From the NCBI RefSeq assembly GCF_030695065.1, contig NZ_JAUYTR010000019.1:11478-75477 (forward strand): a stretch of DNA of 64,000 nucleotides, in the 5' to 3' direction. Both the position numbers and the translations under genes were made by a program. This DNA is from Sediminibacterium sp. (GTDB lineage: Bacteria > Bacteroidota > Bacteroidia > Chitinophagales > Chitinophagaceae). Within the stretch, counting starts at the first letter, position 1; each line of letters starts with the position of its first letter. The notes under the pieces are model-generated. The model saw only the letters and a program-made list of their open reading frames with translations, made no database searches and was not told the DNA's origin. Below are positions 26,571 to 36,584 of the stretch, piece by piece.

Positions 26571-29339
26571 TTAAAATCCTTGAGTTGGTTTACCATTTTT
26601 GCTAAAATTCCAGATTAAAGAAAATAAGAAATAGCGCTGAATGGTTTGGTTAGTTGTTTCAGTAATAAAGTTGCTGGATGCATTTCTGTTGATTCCCAAG
26701 TTTTGGTTAAATAAATCGTTTACCGAAGCTTTGATTTCCCACTGGTCATTTTTCGAAATTACTTTTCTAGCTGAGGCATTTACGATATATACATCTCTTT
26801 GATCGGCAAATACTGCTGTCTTTTGGTAAATATTGGCATTCATATCAAAGTCGATATAGGTCTTTATTTTTTTCAACTTAAACTGCAGATTGGCATATGC
26901 ATTGTACGACCAGAACTTAGTGCTGATATCTGGACGAATAGAAGTGGTAGAGTTATTGCGAACTGCACTTCCATAGGCATAAAAGTTGATCCATTTATCA
27001 CCCCAGTATCCCATATTAATACTGAAATCAGTTGCTCTATTTTTAGTGATATTATCTAGCCCATTCACCCTATTGGCAAATTGATTGATTCTAGGACCAA
27101 TATCAATACCAACATTAAATGATGGAATGATTTCAAATCCATAACCAACTCTTCCACTTAAACTATAATTACCTGCAACATTAATGGCTTGGTTAATTCT
27201 TCTACCTTGATTGTCTACAAAACTTGAATTAGATATGGCATTTTCTGTTTTAGAATAATTTACATTAAAACTAATTCTTCTGCTTTTCAATACCTTATAA
27301 TCTGAACCACCTAAATTGAACTGGTGTACAAAGGATTGTTTCAAATTGGGGTTACCGATGGTTAAATTGAGTGGGTCAATATTATCAATAATGGGTTGAA
27401 TTTGCGAAAGCGAAGGGTTCCTGGTTGAACCATTGTAAGAAAAATTAAACCTACGTTGTTGTTTTGGCGTATAATTAAATGTTACCGCTGGAATAAAGTT
27501 GTTGAAAATTACATTGCGGTCAGTTTGTTTCACTAAATCTTTTAAACGATAATTCACTGTTCCTAAACCAGTACCAACGGAGAAATTAAATTTCTTTACA
27601 TTATATCGGATATTAACACTACCATTATGCCCGGTAGTATTGAATATAAAATGGTTGCTTAACGTGTCTACCAAGTTCTCATATTTATTATTCGCAGTAT
27701 TCTTTGCAAAGGTATTTCGCTCCGCATCATTTCTACTTACACTCAGTTTATAGTTCATTACTAAGAATGTATTTTTCCACAATGGTTCAGTATAATTGAT
27801 GGTAGAATTAATAGTGGTTACAATTTGTTTATTGGTCTTTTGTTGGTCAACATTATCTCTTCTAACCAAATTGCCAAAGGCATCATAAAAAGTATTGTCT
27901 GCTGTTAAGAAGCCATCATCTGCTCTATCGTTGTAATTGATTTCATTGTTCCAAGAAATAGTTCGTCCCATTTTTTTAAAACGTTTCCTATAAAATATGG
28001 TTGAGTTCATAGTTTTATTCTCATCAACGGTAGAAGTAAGTCGATTACTCTGATTCAATAAAACACTATCGCTCGTAATGGTACGACCAAAATAATTAGA
28101 CGCATTATTGCTATTGACGATGGATCCTCTCGCAGTAATTTTTAAAGAACTACTTGAATCAATTTGCCATTCATAAGTACTGGTCAGTTTATTCCTTTTT
28201 CTGCTGCTAACCTGGTCTTGCACACTGGTGCTAATTAAATCTGCACCAGGCAAGATATTCTGTGTTTTGTTAGAATTAATTCCACTCACATCCAGTTGAT
28301 TGTACTGGTAGGTATTGTTAGAATTGTGTTTGTCTTTATTCCATTTATTACTAAAATGAAATCCACCAGTTACCGATCTTGGAAAGCCAGTTCCCCAACT
28401 AAATTCATCACCTGAGCTCCACATCATAATGCCACCATCATCTGTCATTTCAGTGGTCATATTTGAATTTCCTCCATAATTCTGGTTTTCATTCCAATTG
28501 AGGGATTCAAATTTGGTATTGTCGGTAGTAAGGTATCCGGAGATTTTTCTTTTACCCTTGAATGAGTTGGCTAATAATTTTCCATACCCATATTTATCAA
28601 AATCACCCCCCGCTTCCGCTTTACCAAAATAGCCCTTCTTCTTATCTTCTTTTAAAGTAAGGTTGAGGGTTTTGATTTTCTGGCCATCATCAATTCCAGT
28701 AAACACTGCCTGGTCGCTTTTTTTATCAAAAGATTGTACTTTATCAACCGCATCTGCTCTTAGGTTCTTGGTTACTACGGCGGGGTCATCGCTAAAAAAC
28801 TCTTCCCCATCCACCAATACTTTTTGCACTCTTTCACCTTGTGCAGTAATTTCACCTTTGCTGTTTACTTGAATGCCTGGCATTTTGCGAAGCAACTCTT
28901 GTACGTCGGCATTGGCACTCACTTTAAAACTGTCTGCTTTGTATTCAGTAGTGTCTCCCTTCATTCGGATAGACCCAATTGTTTGCTTTACAATTACTTC
29001 CTGAAGTAAAGTAGCTTTTGTAATCACAGGAATTTTTCCCAAATCGGTGATGCCAGTTGTAGTAGTGATGATGTCTACATAATCGGCATAAGTAGGATAA
29101 GAAACCATCACAATGTATTTACCCGCAGCTAGATTGGGCAAATCAAAATTGCCTTCCTTATTGGTTCTGGTAAATTTTACTAGTACAGAGTCTTTGGCTC
29201 TAAGTACTGATACCACTGCATTTGAAAGGTTTTGTTTATTTAAAGTGTCTGTTACCATTCCCTTTAAAGAACCTTGTTGTGCAAATGAATTAGAGATAGT
29301 GGCTAAAATAAATAGCCCAATCATTGTTAGTTTGGTCAT
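26571..29339 (-). CDS. Outer-membrane beta-barrel with N-terminal carboxypeptidase-regulatory-like domain and TonB-receptor-like plug
   Basis: Signal peptide; LSNAVVSV...TNKEGNF; LQEVIVK; ELLRKMPGIQV...VLVDGEEFF; C-terminal YFLFSLIWNF. Confidence 0.85.
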   Translation of the reverse strand: MTKLTMIGLFILATISNSFAQQGSLKGMVTDTLNKQNLSNAVVSVLRAKDSVLVKFTRTNKEGNFDLPNLAAGKYIVMVSYPTYADYVDIITTTTGITDLGKIPVITKATLLQEVIVKQTIGSIRMKGDTTEYKADSFKVSANADVQELLRKMPGIQVNSKGEITAQGERVQKVLVDGEEFFSDDPAVVTKNLRADAVDKVQSFDKKSDQAVFTGIDDGQKIKTLNLTLKEDKKKGYFGKAEAGGDFDKYGYGKLLANSFKGKRKISGYLTTDNTKFESLNWNENQNYGGNSNMTTEMTDDGGIMMWSSGDEFSWGTGFPRSVTGGFHFSNKWNKDKHNSNNTYQYNQLDVSGINSNKTQNILPGADLISTSVQDQVSSRKRNKLTSTYEWQIDSSSSLKITARGSIVNSNNASNYFGRTITSDSVLLNQSNRLTSTVDENKTMNSTIFYRKRFKKMGRTISWNNEINYNDRADDGFLTADNTFYDAFGNLVRRDNVDQQKTNKQIVTTINSTINYTEPLWKNTFLVMNYKLSVSRNDAERNTFAKNTANNKYENLVDTLSNHFIFNTTGHNGSVNIRYNVKKFNFSVGTGLGTVNYRLKDLVKQTDRNVIFNNFIPAVTFNYTPKQQRRFNFSYNGSTRNPSLSQIQPIIDNIDPLNLTIGNPNLKQSFVHQFNLGGSDYKVLKSRRISFNVNYSKTENAISNSSFVDNQGRRINQAINVAGNYSLSGRVGYGFEIIPSFNVGIDIGPRINQFANRVNGLDNITKNRATDFSINMGYWGDKWINFYAYGSAVRNNSTTSIRPDISTKFWSYNAYANLQFKLKKIKTYIDFDMNANIYQKTAVFADQRDVYIVNASARKVISKNDQWEIKASVNDLFNQNLGINRNASSNFITETTNQTIQRYFLFSLIWNFSKNGKPTQGF

Positions 29340-29442
29340 AAATGCAGTTAATTCGTCTTTAGATGAATTTTGTTGTAAATTCCATAAATGTTCGTGAACA
29401 ATTTTTACCGTTCATACTTTTTTCAGTTAATAAAATCATAAT

Positions 29443-31437
29443 ATGTCCGGTGTATCATCAAGAAACAACAAAACGATAAAAGTTGTAAAGGCTCAAGAAA
29501 AAAAATACGAAGACATTCATTTTGTTGATACGCAACAAGCTGTATGGAATTATTCATTGTTTACAGAAGAAGCCATTCGCAATTTTCAAAACGGTACCCA
29601 CTATAGTTTATATCAATATTTTGGAAACAAACAGTTAACCGTTTTAGCGGTGAAAGGAACTTATTTTGCCGTATGGGCACCCAATGCTACTTATATTTCA
29701 GTAACAGGTTATTTTAATAATTGGGACAAAACCAGCCATCCTTTAAGGGTTCGATTAGATAATTCAGGTATTTGGGAAGGCTTTATTCCCAATGTATTAG
29801 AAGGGGAAGCATATAAATACCATATACATGGATTTAACGGAATCAAATTAGACAAAGGCGATCCATTTGCTCATTTTTGGGAGAAGCGACCATTTACTGC
29901 ATCCATTACTTGGCAAACCAATTATGAATGGAAGGACCAAGAATGGATGAAAAATAGAAAGTCTAAGAATTCTTTAAAGAGTCCTTACTCTGTGTATGAA
30001 GTGCATTTGGCCAGTTGGATGCGTCCTGATAAAAACGATGAAGAGTCCTACAATACTTATGAGCAAATAGCGGAACGAATGGTTCCCTATGTGAAGGAAA
30101 TGGGGTTCACGCATGTAGAGTTCATGCCGGTGATGGAACATCCATTTGATGGGAGCTGGGGCTACCAAGGCACGGGCTATTTTGCACCAACGTCGCGGTT
30201 TGGATCCCCGCAGGGATACGCTTATTTAGTAGATGCATTTCACCAAGCAGGTATAGGTGTAATCTTAGATTGGGTTCCTTCTCATTTTCCTTACGATGCA
30301 CATGGCCTGTTCATGTTCGATGGTACCCATACCTATGAATATGCAGATATGCGTAAAGGCTATCACCCCGATTGGAACTCCTATATTTTTAATTACAAAA
30401 GGGGTGAAGTAAAATCTTTTCTAATCAGTAGTGCGCGTTTTTGGTGCGATCAATTTCATACCGACGGAATACGCGTTGATGCAGTAAGTTCTATGTTACG
30501 GTTAGATTATAGCCGCGGCCAAGGTCAGTGGGAGCCGAATGAATACGGAGGTAATGGCAATTTAGAAGCCATTGATTTTATTAGAGATTTAAATGAAACG
30601 CTGTATAGAGATTTCCCAGATATTCAAACGATTGCAGAAGAAGCAACAGATTGGCCAAAAATTAGTAAACCCACTTTTGAAGGTGGATTGGGTTTTGGAA
30701 TGAAATGGATGATGGGCTGGATGCATGATACGTTGGACTATTATAAAATGGATCCCATTTTCAGGCAGTTTCACCAAGATAAATTTTCGTTTAGTATGAT
30801 GTATTACTACGATGAGAATTTTATGTTGCCCTTAAGTCATGATGAAGTAGTACATGGCAAGAGCCCCATGTTATACAAAATGCCAGGAGATGAATGGCAA
30901 AAATTTGCGAACCTGCGTATACTCTATACCTATATGTTTACCCATCCAGGTGCCAAGTTATTGTTCATGGGCAATGAATTTGGTGCTACCAATGAATGGA
31001 ATTATAAGTCTGAATTACAATGGGATTTATTGCAACATCCCAGTCATGGCGGCATGAAATATTGTGTGCAAAAATTGAATCAGCTATACCAATCTGAACC
31101 TGCTTTGTTCGAAAAACAGTTTGAGCCAGGCGGTTTTGAATGGGTCGATTTAAATCACCGCAGTGATTCGGTGATGGTGTACAAGCGAAAGGGTAAAAAG
31201 GAAAAAGACGATGTACTGGTAATATTAAATGTAACACCAGTTGTTCGAAACGATTGGGAAATTTATGTTCATGGTAAAGGAAAATGGACCGAAATTTTCA
31301 ATAGCGATAGCAAAGAATTCTGGGGAACAGGCGACGTGTTCAATCCCTCTATACAAAGCAAATTGGTAGACAAGCCTTCTAAATGTTACCAGTTAAAAGT
31401 GCACCTGCCGGCATTAGGAGCTGTTGTACTGCGATAA
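29443..31437 (+). CDS. glgB: 1,4-alpha-glucan branching enzyme
   Basis: FAVWAPNA, YEVHLASW, SWGYQGTGYF, DWVPSHF, GIRVDAVSSM, IAEE, LSHDEVVHGK. Confidence 0.96.
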   Translation: MSGVSSRNNKTIKVVKAQEKKYEDIHFVDTQQAVWNYSLFTEEAIRNFQNGTHYSLYQYFGNKQLTVLAVKGTYFAVWAPNATYISVTGYFNNWDKTSHPLRVRLDNSGIWEGFIPNVLEGEAYKYHIHGFNGIKLDKGDPFAHFWEKRPFTASITWQTNYEWKDQEWMKNRKSKNSLKSPYSVYEVHLASWMRPDKNDEESYNTYEQIAERMVPYVKEMGFTHVEFMPVMEHPFDGSWGYQGTGYFAPTSRFGSPQGYAYLVDAFHQAGIGVILDWVPSHFPYDAHGLFMFDGTHTYEYADMRKGYHPDWNSYIFNYKRGEVKSFLISSARFWCDQFHTDGIRVDAVSSMLRLDYSRGQGQWEPNEYGGNGNLEAIDFIRDLNETLYRDFPDIQTIAEEATDWPKISKPTFEGGLGFGMKWMMGWMHDTLDYYKMDPIFRQFHQDKFSFSMMYYYDENFMLPLSHDEVVHGKSPMLYKMPGDEWQKFANLRILYTYMFTHPGAKLLFMGNEFGATNEWNYKSELQWDLLQHPSHGGMKYCVQKLNQLYQSEPALFEKQFEPGGFEWVDLNHRSDSVMVYKRKGKKEKDDVLVILNVTPVVRNDWEIYVHGKGKWTEIFNSDSKEFWGTGDVFNPSIQSKLVDKPSKCYQLKVHLPALGAVVLR

Positions 31438-31495
31438 AGAATGATGAACGGTTGTAACATTCTCTTTTATACTTCGTTTAACTCAAAAAACGAAT

Positions 31496-32149
31496 ATGAA
31501 AAAGATACTGCTATTTGCTTCCATCATTTTATTAGGATTGAGTGCCTATGCTCAAAAAACGGTTGCTGAATCCAATGCACAAAAAAGATCTGTAAAGTCT
31601 TTCCACAGTATTGACGTGTCTTCTGGAATTAAAGTGTTGCTAACACAAGGAGATAAAGAGGAATTGGCAGTTGCTGCTGGTGATCCTGCTTATTTAGAAT
31701 ACATTGAAACAACGGTGAAAGACGGTGTACTAAAAATTACGCGTGACCAAGATTGGAAATTTTGGAACCAATGGAAAAACTGGAAAGTAACTGTTTACTT
31801 GTCTTATAAAGATTTAAAATCAATCAAAGCCAATAGCGGTGCGCATATTAGCGGATCTAATTTAAGTTTCAATAACCTAGACGTGAAAATGAGCAGTGGT
31901 GCTTTTGCGGAATTGGAAGGCAGCACTACCGATTTAAGTGTTGATGCTAGTAGTGGCGCCATGTTCAAAGGATATGAATTAAGCAGTACCAAATGTTTGG
32001 CTGAAAGTTCCAGCGGTGGTGGTGTGCAAATAAATGTTTCAAAAGAATTGAATGCAAAGGCCAGCAGCGGCGGATCTATCCGTTACAAAGGCGAAGGCTT
32101 AATCCGCGATATTAAAGTGAGCAGTGGGGGTACTGTGAAGCGGTTGTAA
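31496..32149 (+). CDS. Head GIN (DUF2807-like) beta-solenoid protein, exported
   Basis: Signal peptide; about 7 repeats of an (A/S)SG(A/G) motif (ANSGA, MSSGA, ASSGA, SSSGG, ASSGG, VSSGG). Confidence 0.85.
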   Translation: MKKILLFASIILLGLSAYAQKTVAESNAQKRSVKSFHSIDVSSGIKVLLTQGDKEELAVAAGDPAYLEYIETTVKDGVLKITRDQDWKFWNQWKNWKVTVYLSYKDLKSIKANSGAHISGSNLSFNNLDVKMSSGAFAELEGSTTDLSVDASSGAMFKGYELSSTKCLAESSSGGGVQINVSKELNAKASSGGSIRYKGEGLIRDIKVSSGGTVKRL

Positions 32150-32151
32150 AA

Positions 32152-33309
32152 TTATAAAGGGAGCTGTATGCAGAATACGGTTCCCTTTCTTATTTCACTG
32201 GATTGTACAAATAATTGTCCATTGTGGTATTGTTCTATGATGCGCTTACTTAGCGATAGTCCAATTCCCCAGCCTCGCTTTTTTGTAGTGAAACCTGGTT
32301 GAAACACTTTTCTCCATTGACTATTCGGGATGCCTTTGCCACTGTCTTTTACTAAAATAGTTAATTGCTTATTTTCTTGTGTCATGGTTATTTGAATGCT
32401 GCCTTTCCCATCCATGGCGTCTAAAGCATTCTTCAATAAATTTTCGATTACCCAATCAAAGAGCGTAGGGGAGAGTAAGCATTGAAGGTTTTCTGTATCA
32501 TCTCCATTTAGCTGAAAATATACCTGCTCACTACTTCTTTTTTTCATGTAATCCATCACCTGTTTAATACGATCAAATGGATTACACAATTCGGTTTTGG
32601 GGGTACTGCCTATTTTGCCAAATCGATCGGTAATAAGTTGTAAGCGATTAATGTCTTTGGCTATTTCATTGGCAATTTCTTTGCTTTCTGCTTTCTCTTT
32701 TAAGATTTCTAACCAACCTTCTAAACTACTCACGGGTGTGCCTAATTGATGGGCCGTTTCCTTTGCCATTGAAGCCCAAAGCTGGTTCTGGCCGCTTTTA
32801 TAGCGAGTGCGTAAAGAGTAAATCACAATCAACACAAACATGATTACCAATAGCAATTGCACAATGGGATACCATTTGGCTTCTCTTAATAATTTGCTTT
32901 GTCCATAATAGTATCGAATAGCCGTAGAGTCGCCTGCTTTTAATTTTACTTCAATAGGTGTTTTGCTATACAGTTTAAATTCTTGTAAGCGTTGCGCTAA
33001 ATAGTTGGAATCTGCTGTTATTTTTGTTTCATCAATATTTACATAGTTACCAGTTGGTTGATCTTGTTCATTGGTTTCTATGATGGGAATGCTTTTATTT
33101 TCTGTTATGATTTTTGATGCTAGATTAATTGAAACAGAATCGGTTGAATTGAGTATGGTTCTTTCTGCTTCTACCCATGATTCTACTGCAGCTCTTTCTT
33201 TGCTGGCTATTTGTTGTGCAATGTATTGTGAGTAAACAATGGTGCCGCTTACAATTAAGATGGCCATTAAAAACAACGCGTTGGTAAAATTGAACCAGCT
33301 CTTTAACAT
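32152..33309 (-). CDS. Membrane sensor histidine kinase, no adjacent response regulator
   Basis: Two TM helices, H-box ETAHQLGTP, N-box ENLLKNA, DSGKGI, FTTKKRGWGIGL. Confidence 0.92.
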   Translation of the reverse strand: MLKSWFNFTNALFLMAILIVSGTIVYSQYIAQQIASKERAAVESWVEAERTILNSTDSVSINLASKIITENKSIPIIETNEQDQPTGNYVNIDETKITADSNYLAQRLQEFKLYSKTPIEVKLKAGDSTAIRYYYGQSKLLREAKWYPIVQLLLVIMFVLIVIYSLRTRYKSGQNQLWASMAKETAHQLGTPVSSLEGWLEILKEKAESKEIANEIAKDINRLQLITDRFGKIGSTPKTELCNPFDRIKQVMDYMKKRSSEQVYFQLNGDDTENLQCLLSPTLFDWVIENLLKNALDAMDGKGSIQITMTQENKQLTILVKDSGKGIPNSQWRKVFQPGFTTKKRGWGIGLSLSKRIIEQYHNGQLFVQSSEIRKGTVFCIQLPL

Positions 33310-33353
33310 CTCACTAAAATAAGCTTTTGATTGACTTGCCGCAAACCCTCCCT

Positions 33354-33392
33354 AAAAAAAGAAACCGCCCCATTGGTTTGGAGCGGCTCTTT
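33354..33392 (-). terminator. Intrinsic terminator after the coiled-coil gene
   Basis: On the minus strand GAGCCGCTCCA-aaccaa-TGGGGCGGTTT (with G-U pairs) followed by a U7 tract. Confidence 0.7.
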
Positions 33393-33434
33393 ACACGATT
33401 GCTTGCTTAAACTAACTAACTAACTTCTTATTAA

Positions 33435-34400
33435 CTAACTGAAAAGTCCGCCTTTTTTCAAAGTTTTTACACCTTGGCCTATTTTAAATCCATTGTTGTA
33501 AATCTCAATTTTATAATCTCCTTCTTTGTAAGCATCTTTTTGTTTCCAATCAAAACTTACCGGAATCACTTTGTTTTGTTCATAGTTTACCGATACTTTA
33601 TTGGTATAAGGACGGCTTCCATCTTCTCTAGTGGTAAAATTGGCTCCCTCGGTAATTACTTTTCCATCAGGTGCAGTAACAACTACATAAAAATCTTTGG
33701 TACCAGATGGGGTGATTCTGTTTTCATCAATTACAAATGAAATTCTAATCAAATCTGCACGTTTTGCAGTAGTGGTTTCTTTTTCTTTTCCAGTGCCTTT
33801 AATATTGATGGCATTGATGCCAATATTAGAAGCATGTAGGGTAGATGCTACGTCTACTTTTTCTTCCAATTGTTTTTTCTCAGTTTTAGTAGTATTTAGG
33901 TTACTCTCTAAATTTTGCTTTTCTGTTGTCAACTGCGTTTTCTCTGTATTCAATTGCTCATTGGCAGTGGTTAATTGTAGGTTCTCGCCTTTCAATTGTT
34001 GAATCTCTGCGAATAACCCATCAATTTTACCATTTAATTCGCCAATTAATTGCTTGGCTTCAGCTAATTCCTTTGCTGTTGCGTTTCGCTTCTTTAAAAT
34101 TGCACCAATATTGCCTTTTAGTTTTTGGATGTCTGCATTTTTATTGGCTAAATCTCCTTGTAACTCAATGTTGTCTTGGGTTAATGAGTCTGCTTTTGCA
34201 GATACATTCATAAACTCTTGCTGAATAGCTAATCTTGCACTGTCTACATTGCTTATTTTGGTTTCTAAGCCAATAATGGTCTCTTTGGTCTGGCTCTTAT
34301 CATAAAAAATATAACCCCAGGTTAGTACCAATGCTGCTATTAGTATTCCGTAAATGGTTTTGCGGTTATCTGGTGCACCGCCATTGTTAATTGTACTCAT
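33435..34400 (-). CDS. Single-pass membrane protein with a long coiled coil and C-terminal beta domain
   Basis: One TM (IYGILIAALVLTWGYIF), heptad-rich region of about 150 aa, beta-rich C-terminus; start set at ATG 34400. Confidence 0.75.
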   Translation of the reverse strand: MSTINNGGAPDNRKTIYGILIAALVLTWGYIFYDKSQTKETIIGLETKISNVDSARLAIQQEFMNVSAKADSLTQDNIELQGDLANKNADIQKLKGNIGAILKKRNATAKELAEAKQLIGELNGKIDGLFAEIQQLKGENLQLTTANEQLNTEKTQLTTEKQNLESNLNTTKTEKKQLEEKVDVASTLHASNIGINAINIKGTGKEKETTTAKRADLIRISFVIDENRITPSGTKDFYVVVTAPDGKVITEGANFTTREDGSRPYTNKVSVNYEQNKVIPVSFDWKQKDAYKEGDYKIEIYNNGFKIGQGVKTLKKGGLFS

Positions 34401-34540
34401 AAAATGGTTTTTAAAGATGTTGATTGCTTCTGGCGACTTATTTTCCAAAATCGTGCCAAAACTTTAAGAAGATCCAATTTTGTGTACAAAAAAGCCCTTT
34501 TCAATATGGAAATTCCTATTGGGTGCAGCATCTTTGCGGT

Positions 34541-35542
34541 ATGTCTTCTGAGAAAATTTTATCTGATTGGAAAAAAAATAGTTTCAAGCCCGTTTATTGG
34601 TTAGAAGGGGAGGAAGCTTATTTTATTGATACTTTGGTTGATTACGCAGAGAAAAAAATATTGACTGAAGCAGAAGCGGAGTTTAATTTATCTATTTTTT
34701 ATGGTAAAGATGCCGATTGGACCGAAGTGGTGAATGCTTGTAAGAAATATCCCATGTTTGGAGATAAGCAAGTGGTGCTTCTAAAAGAAGCCCAGCAAAT
34801 GAAGGACGTTGAAAAGCTCCTCGGCTATATTGAACAACCTTTGAGCTCTACCATTTTTATTGTTAGCCACAAAGAGAAAAAGCTAGACGGTCGTGGTAAA
34901 TTGGCGGCTGCGCTTAAAAAAACTAAAGCGGAAGTTTTCACTACCAAAAAACTATACGACAATCAATTGCCCGATTGGGCTGGCCAAATGGTAAAAAATC
35001 ATGGGCTAACCATTTCCCCTAAAGCTTTGGTGATTCTAGTTGATCATATTGGCAACGATTTAAGCCGAATTGAAAATGAAATTGAAAAACTCATGCTCAA
35101 TATGGGTACTCGTAAAACGATCACTGAAGATGATGTAGAAAATTTCATTGGGGTGAGTAAGGAATTCAATGCTTTTGAATTGCAGGCCGCTATTTCGCAG
35201 CGTGATTTGGCTAAAAGCATTCGCATCATTCAATATTTTGAATCGAATCCTAAAGCGGGTCCCATTCAGTTGGTGCTGCCTTCTGTGTTTAATTTCTTCA
35301 GCAAATTATATGTGTTGCTTTCTTTGAAAGATGCCAACGAAAGCAGCGCTGCGGCGGCGTTGGGTGTTTCTCCTTTTTTTATAAAAGATTATTACGCCGC
35401 CGCGCGCAAGTATGATTTCCCTTCTGTAGAAAGAGTATTGCTGTTATTGCATGAATACAATTTAAGAAGCTTGGGCGTGCACAATGGTTCGGCCAATGAT
35501 GCAGGACTCATGAAAGAATTAGTAGTAAAAATCATGGCATAG
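34541..35542 (+). CDS. holA: DNA polymerase III subunit delta
   Basis: KPVYWLEGEEAYFID, FNLSIFYGKD, PMFGDKQVV, IGVSKEFNAFEL; ATG at 34541. Confidence 0.9.
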   Translation: MSSEKILSDWKKNSFKPVYWLEGEEAYFIDTLVDYAEKKILTEAEAEFNLSIFYGKDADWTEVVNACKKYPMFGDKQVVLLKEAQQMKDVEKLLGYIEQPLSSTIFIVSHKEKKLDGRGKLAAALKKTKAEVFTTKKLYDNQLPDWAGQMVKNHGLTISPKALVILVDHIGNDLSRIENEIEKLMLNMGTRKTITEDDVENFIGVSKEFNAFELQAAISQRDLAKSIRIIQYFESNPKAGPIQLVLPSVFNFFSKLYVLLSLKDANESSAAAALGVSPFFIKDYYAAARKYDFPSVERVLLLLHEYNLRSLGVHNGSANDAGLMKELVVKIMA

Positions 35543-35550
35543 CGCTGTTA

Positions 35551-36483
35551 TTAAGACGCAAACACGCTCATCGCTTGGGTTCTATCTGTATTCAATTGTG
35601 CTTTTAATTCGTCTAATCCATTGAACTTAACTTCTCCGCGAAGGAATTTTTCTAAACGAATCACTAATTTTTTGCCGTAGATATCTCTATTGAAGTCGAA
35701 AATATTGACTTCAATCACGCGCTTTTTTCCGTCAACAGTTGGGCGAACCCCAATATTCATCATGCCCTTAAAAGTTTCTGCATCCATTGAAATGGAAACG
35801 GCATACACTCCATTGGCAGGAATTAATTTTTCTTCGCTTTTAATATGCATATTGGCGGTAGGAAATCCAATGGTGCGGCCAATCTTATTGCCTTCTACTA
35901 CTATTCCTTCAAAAAAATAAGGGTATCCTAGAAAATGATTGGCAGTATCAATATCATTGTTCAAAAGCGCTTCTCTAATTCGGGTAGAACTGATCACTAC
36001 TTGATTCAACATCTCTTCTGAAATTTCTTTCACTTCAAAACCCAGTTCGCGGCCATATTGTTCCAGCAAGTGATAATCCCCCATTCTACCTTTACCAAAT
36101 CGATGGTCGTACCCTATAATAATAACACTTGGCTTAAAGTATTTAAACAAAAAGTCACGAATATAATCGTCGGCAGATTGGTTAGAAAACGCATGATCAA
36201 AAGGAATCACCACCAAATGATCAATTCCCGCTTGTTCTAATAAATGAATTTTTTCCTCTAGGGTATTAATGAGTTTAATATCGCCAGGAACCGAAGAAAC
36301 TATTTTTCTAGGATGAGGGTGAAAAGTGATGATCACCGTTTCGCCTTTTACCCTTGTTGCTTCGGCTTTCATTTGTGCCAATATCTGTTGGTGGCCTTGG
36401 TGCACGCCATCAAAAGTGCCAATGGTAATGACCGCATGGGTAAAATTGGGAAGCGAGGGGGCTAATTCACGATGTACCTTCAT
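35551..36483 (-). CDS. ribF: Bifunctional riboflavin kinase/FAD synthetase
   Basis: IGTFDGVHQGH, GYDHRFG, ISSTRIR, GRTIGFPTAN, NIGVRPTV, IEVNIFDF; ATG at 36483. Confidence 0.96.
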   Translation of the reverse strand: MKVHRELAPSLPNFTHAVITIGTFDGVHQGHQQILAQMKAEATRVKGETVIITFHPHPRKIVSSVPGDIKLINTLEEKIHLLEQAGIDHLVVIPFDHAFSNQSADDYIRDFLFKYFKPSVIIIGYDHRFGKGRMGDYHLLEQYGRELGFEVKEISEEMLNQVVISSTRIREALLNNDIDTANHFLGYPYFFEGIVVEGNKIGRTIGFPTANMHIKSEEKLIPANGVYAVSISMDAETFKGMMNIGVRPTVDGKKRVIEVNIFDFNRDIYGKKLVIRLEKFLRGEVKFNGLDELKAQLNTDRTQAMSVFAS

Positions 36484-36545
36484 AATCAGGCGCAAAAGTA
36501 AGTACTCCAAGGCAAAGTTCCTTCCCTTTGCATACCCCCTTTTTG

Positions 36546-36553
36546 TACCTTTG
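36546..36553 (+). promoter_or_regulatory. -7 promoter element (TACCTTTG) upstream of the purM-like gene
   Basis: TAnnTTTG match in the ribF/purM divergent region. Confidence 0.6.
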
Positions 36554-36584
36554 CGCCAATTCTATACATAATAAAAAGCGATAC

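Noticed and set aside
33410-33440. Short (AACT)4 tandem repeat after the coiled-coil gene
   Set aside because: Very short, mainly intergenic, with no sign of phase-variation function.
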